64,000 nucleotides of DNA from Octopus vulgaris (lineage: Eukaryota), in assembly GCA_951406725.2 (NCBI GenBank), contig OX597820.1:43772001-43836000 (forward strand), written 5' to 3'. Made by a program: the position numbers and the translations under genes. Positions 59,099 through 64,000 of the stretch are shown here, in pieces; the first letter of the stretch is position 1; each line of letters begins with the position of its first letter. A model generated the notes under the pieces. The model made no database searches, had not been told where the DNA came from, and was given only the letters and a program-made list of their open reading frames with translations.

Positions 59099-59279
59099 CT
59101 TATAGCCCCCAATGACTTCCAGCGACAAGCCATCAAACTCGTGGTGATGCGTTAATAAGCTGTGCCTAAGACAATTATTTCCATTTTCATAAACGGATTT
59201 CTACAACAATCGCATTGCAACCTGAGATAAGATATAAGGGAAACTGCGAACGTACAACCTGGCTCATTTGTTTCCATCC

Positions 59280-59318
<39 letters not shown>

Positions 59319-59322
<4 letters not shown>

Positions 59323-59614
59323 CGTCACCGACCAGGCTATCAAATGTTTCTACACATCGCTGGTCACAATGCGCATTGTTTTAGCCTTCAAATGACGCCA
59401 CCCCGCTGGCTAAGTGAGCAGGCCAACAGAAGAAAGAGTGAGAGAAAGTTGCGGTGAAAGAGTACAGCAGGGATCGCAACCCACCCCTGCCAGATGCTCG
59501 TGGAGCTTTTAGGTTTTTCGCTCAATAAACACTCACAACGCCCGGTCTGGGAATCGAAACCGTGATCCTACGACCGCGAGTCCGCTGCCCTAACCACTGG
59601 ACCATTGCGTCTCC
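59319..59614 (-). mobile_element. SINE family C (same tail as 49566) in (TA)n
   Basis: High similarity to 49566-49868, with (TA)n on both sides. Confidence 0.85.
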
Positions 59615-59671
59615 ATATATATATATATATATATATTATATATACATACATACATATATATATATATATAC

Positions 59672-59742
<71 letters not shown>

Positions 59743-59940
59743 GCTTACATGTGCTTGTGTAATTGAATTCGTCTCATCTCAGAGAAATCTTACACTGGCA
59801 AATGTTTACTTCGTGACATGCAGTACAGTTATGCTATAGCACGTGGCCCGGACCGGCATTGCACCAACAGACAGTAGCTAAACTTAATCCAAAATGGCGA
59901 CGAACATCTTCGATGTGGCATTCATTTTTTCCTTTCTTTT

Positions 59941-60179
59941 AATCTTTTATCGGTTTCAGTCATTTGACTGCGTCCATGCTGGAACACCACCTTTAGTCGA
60001 ACAAATCGCCCCCAGGACTTATTCTTTGTAAACCTAGTACTATTCTATCGATTTATTTTGCCGATCAACTAAGTTACGCAGGGCCGTATGCACACAAACG
60101 TCGGTTGTCAAGTGATGGTGGGGGGACAAACACAGACACACAAACATACACACACACATACCCACACACATACACACAT

Positions 60180-60253
<74 letters not shown>

Positions 60254-60499
60254 GTATATATATATATGTATGTCTATATATACGATGGGCTTCTTACAGT
60301 TTCCGTCTACCAAATCCACTCACAAGGCTTTGGTTGACCCGAGGCTACAGTAGAAAGCACTTACCCAACTTCTGACGCTGTGAGACCGAACACGGAACCA
60401 TGTGCTTAGTAAGCAAGCTACTTTATTTCATGAAATGTGCCATGAAGGCTTTACAAAGAGGGGACGAACAAAGACGAACACACAGCCACTCCTGCGCCT
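59941..60499 (-). mobile_element. SINE family A with a ~55-bp insertion in the head
   Basis: Family-A body. The head is interrupted at gcaagctact|ttatttc.. and resumes acacagccactcctgcgcct. Confidence 0.85.
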
Positions 60500-60769
60500 A
60501 TTATATATATGTATTTCCGTCATCAACATTTTTTCTTTCCAACATCATTTACTCGTTCCTTCTTTTTTCTTTTCCTTTTCAGCAGTAGTGTCGTTTTCCT
60601 TGTAAATTTTCTCTCCAGAAGTAGATTCGGCTTTTGATTAATGACGCGATGAAAATTAAAATCCTGATACAATTAAGTATTCCGCACTGTATAAATGTAG
60701 AGTTTGCGATCTATCATCCGATATTGGTTTGATCTGAATGAGACCGTACTAAAAAATACTGGCATTTCG

Positions 60770-61069
60770 TCGTCTACGACGAGGAGGGTGACGGTTGACC
60801 CGATCAACCGAGCAAACTGATCGTGAAATTAACGTGCAAGTGGTTGAGCACTCCACAGACACGCCTGCTCTTAATGTAGTTCTTAGGGAGATTCGGCGTG
60901 ACTAAAAATGTAATAATTCTGGCTCTTTGAAATACAGATGCTTCTTAATTTTGCCTGCTAACTGGACTGGAGTAATGTGAAATAAACTGTCTTGCTCAAA
61001 GGCACCGGAAATCGAACTGACGGCCCAAATCGTGAGCCGAATACCCTAACCGTTAAGTCACGCGCCTTC
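60770..61069 (-). mobile_element. SINE with D-type head/body and an alternative tail
   Basis: Head AAGGCGCGTGACTTAACGGTTAGGGTATTCGGCTCACG. The tail is shared with 63710-63880. Confidence 0.75.
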
Positions 61070-61899
61070 AGACCGAACTGAATCCTATGAAATATGATTT
61101 CTACTTCGAGAAACTTTTTAAAATTTAGTTGAAAATTTCATATTCATTTACTCAGATCTTTCACTGCATTTTCTATTCTGAGTCATCTATACACGACTTT
61201 GAACATATTACTTAAGTTCACTAATAATATAGCTATAATTGTTCATACTTTATACTGAAGATTTATAGATCTAAAAACGCACCTAGAAACAACAGAAAGA
61301 ATGATTTCGCATCCATATGATATAAAGTACTGGACTTTGATGCAAATCTTACACTTGACAATAAATATTAGCGAATTCTATTTCTGACAAAAAGAGGTGC
61401 AAACGAAAACAAAAACGAAAAGCATGTGTAGCTTAGAAACAACAGAGATGTACGTGTATGTGTGAATGTGTGTGTCTGTGTGTGAGAGAGAGAGAGAGAG
61501 AGGGAGAGAGAGTGCTGTGCGTGAGCGCGCGATTACCTGCGTACATTGAAAATGTGGCTGTGAATTGCACACAAATGTCCCAAAATAACAATGAAAACAG
61601 AAACTCGGAAGTCAAAATAAAAATCTAACTGATTATCAAATTCCTGGATGAAGAGAAACGAGGCTAGTAATTTTTGTTATTTTTCCTCCTATATCTGAAA
61701 GAATTTTCATGGTTAACTATTCTGTTTGATAAAACATGAGCTAGCTCCTATATAGAAATACTCTTCGACTTCTGAGATAACTTTGCACCTGTAAACAACA
61801 TTTTTAGTTTTACATCGGCAATTTAAAGAGCATCGTCTACTCTATCACAAATATTAGTTCTAATTCTATTATTATTTACTACGTTGGTTTCATTCGGAT

Positions 61900-62673
61900 T
61901 AATTTCTAAAATATTTTGCCAAAATTTGGCATCTTTGTATTGCAATTCTTCTCCACTGTTCGTCGAATTTTGCGATGACTGAAACGAAGGAACAACGCGT
62001 TTCAGTGAAAGTCTGTTTGCTACTGGGGAAAACGGCAGCCAAAACAGTTGTCACTACAAACAGCTTACAAGGACGCTGCAATGAGTAAAACAGAAGTATA
62101 CGAGTGATTTTCTCGCTTTAAGAATTGTCACTTGTCGCTTTAAAACCAGCCTCACTCAGGGCCTCCATCGACCTCCCGGACGAATGAAAATATCACGAAA
62201 ATTCATGAACTGATCTTGGCGGACCGTTGCTGAACAACTGACGAGCTTGTTTGTTCTGGAGCTCCTACCAACGAATTTTGAGCGAAGAACTGCGAATGAA
62301 AAGTCTTGCAGCAAAATTTGTGCCTCACTTGCTCATGGAAGATCAAAAGCGGTCACGACTGAATGCATGTTGTGAACTGAAATAACAGTTGGAAGTTGAT
62401 CTCGACCTATTTTCAAAGGTCATCACAGGTGAGGAAGTCTGATGCTACGGAATTTCCAGATATGGAAGAGGTGAAGAAAAAAGCGACAGAGATGTTAAAA
62501 GGTATAACTTTGCGAGAGTTCCATCACTGCTTCGAAAAGTGATAAAACGCATCTGGGTCAAACATTGCTTCAAGTGTAGAAAACTTTGAAGACGATAAAA
62601 GAATAAACATGTAGTACTAAGTGAATAAAATAATATTGAAAACATTCGGTTTCTTTTGGGATTCTCTCTTGTA
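61900..62673 (+). mobile_element. Internally deleted mariner fossil
   Basis: MTETKEQRVSVKVCLLLGKTAAKT..AMSKTEVYE*FSRFK, AAKFVPHLL, VITGEEV*CYG. The 3' TIR-like end is TTCGGTTTCTTTTGGGATTCTCTCTTG-TA. Confidence 0.85.
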
Positions 62674-62819
62674 TGCGATAATTATTAAAACTACCAAATA
62701 CAGTGTTAGACTAATCACTGTACTGGAAGCTGACTGTATAATGATAATCTACATGGGGCTCTAACTCATATAGGAACAGTCATACATCTAAGTGTACACA
62801 GAACAGAATCTATGCATGA

Positions 62820-62980
62820 ATGTATGTATGTATGTATGTATGTATGTATGTATGTATGTATGTATGTATGTATGTATGTATGTATGTATGTATGTATGTA
62901 TGTATGTATGTATGTATGCATGTATGTATGTATGTATGTATGTATGTATGTATGTATGTATGTATGTATGTATGTATGTA
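62820..62980. repeat. (TGTA)n microsatellite
   Basis: Direct inspection. Confidence 0.95.
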
Positions 62981-63315
62981 TTGAACTGATTTATGAAAAG
63001 TTCATGCGTATTACGGCACACTTCATTAGAGTATATTGCCGTTATCTGATGTGCCGATTGAAATTTCGCAGGGCGATTAGGCAATCCGAGAAATATTCCT
63101 AAATCTGCTTAATCGAGTGTACGCCTTATCTCGAAACTTATCCAGGTGCTAAAATTTATTATTTATAATTACTTTTAGTTTAAAGCATCCAGAAATTGGA
63201 CTATGTCTAGTCTTATATTTCGATATGTGTCCAGCCAGTCAGTTTGTTTGTATCTTCACCATAATATATCTTACATTCAATAGGTAATTTGATATCTTTC
63301 GTTTCCTCCTCTGTC

Positions 63316-63387
<72 letters not shown>

Positions 63388-63707
63388 GAGAGAGAAAGAA
63401 AGATAGAGAGAGAGACAGCCAGAGACAGACAGACAGACAGAGACAGAGTAAGATAATATAGAGTCTAAATGTGATCTAATCAAAGGACTAGATTTCACTG
63501 TGCAATTAAATATATATACATTTGACTCTATACACATATTTATGTATTTCTCTATGATCATACTCATGATCACCAGTTACGTATTGATGTATATTCCATG
63601 CAATTATCTCTATTCTAATAGAAATATCTCCACTCTGAGATTCAAAAATAGTACTTATAATATTTGGAAAATAATAATGCTATCATTAGAAGTATATCTC
63701 TCTATAA

Positions 63708-63960
63708 CGTGGAACTCCGTCGGTTACGACGAGCGGGGTTCTAGTTGATCCGATCAACCGAACAGCCTGGAAATGAACGTGCAAGTGGCTGAGCACTCCA
63801 CAGACACGTGTAGCCTTAACGTAGTTCTCGGGGGAGATTCAGCGAGAAACAGAGTGTGGCAAGGCTGGCCCTTTGAAATACAGGTACAACAGAAACAGGA
63901 AGAAAGAGTGAAAGAAAGTTGTGGTGAAAGAGTACCACCACCTCCTGCCGGGGCCTCACT
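63708..63960 (-). mobile_element. SINE with C-type body and the tail of the 60770 element
   Basis: aacgtgcaagtggctgagcactccacagacacg (tail) is joined to gaagaaagagtgaaagaaagttgtggtgaaagagtac (C body). Confidence 0.75.
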
Positions 63961-64000
63961 CTTTCTATATGTACATACATATATATATATATGCATTGAT

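Noticed and set aside
59885-59905. CAAAATGGCGACG (YY1-like site or Gypsy PBS)
   Set aside because: Single short motif with no promoter context and no gag sequence downstream.
63095-63150. CTGCTTAATCGAG..CTCGAAAC as a hammerhead
   Set aside because: The core differs at several conserved positions and stem I is not evident.

Overview
AT-rich eukaryotic, repeat-dominated DNA (intergenic or a long intron). The SINE, LINE and microsatellite make-up most resembles an octopus (coleoid cephalopod) genome; that assignment is an inference from recognised repeat types. I found no convincing host protein-coding exon, and nearly all ORF-track entries are microsatellite read-throughs or transposon fragments. 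The window holds: (i) about ten fragments of R4/Dong-type non-LTR retrotransposons (RT + CCHC + restriction-like endonuclease), most bounded by (TAA)n and a second lineage bounded by (CATA)n; (ii) Penelope-like remnants with minimal hammerhead ribozyme motifs next to (TA)n, including a perfect 121-bp palindrome centred on a hammerhead core; (iii) mariner, Tc1 and maT fossils, CR1, Jockey/L2 and RTE fossils, a Gypsy gag relic, a non-autonomous Helitron and a foldback element; (iv) at least five short interspersed families with swapped head and tail modules. The most interesting signals are the partitioning of microsatellite targets among retroelements, the ribozyme-bearing termini and the long inverted repeats. 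Coordinates of degenerate elements are approximate (about 10-30 bp).
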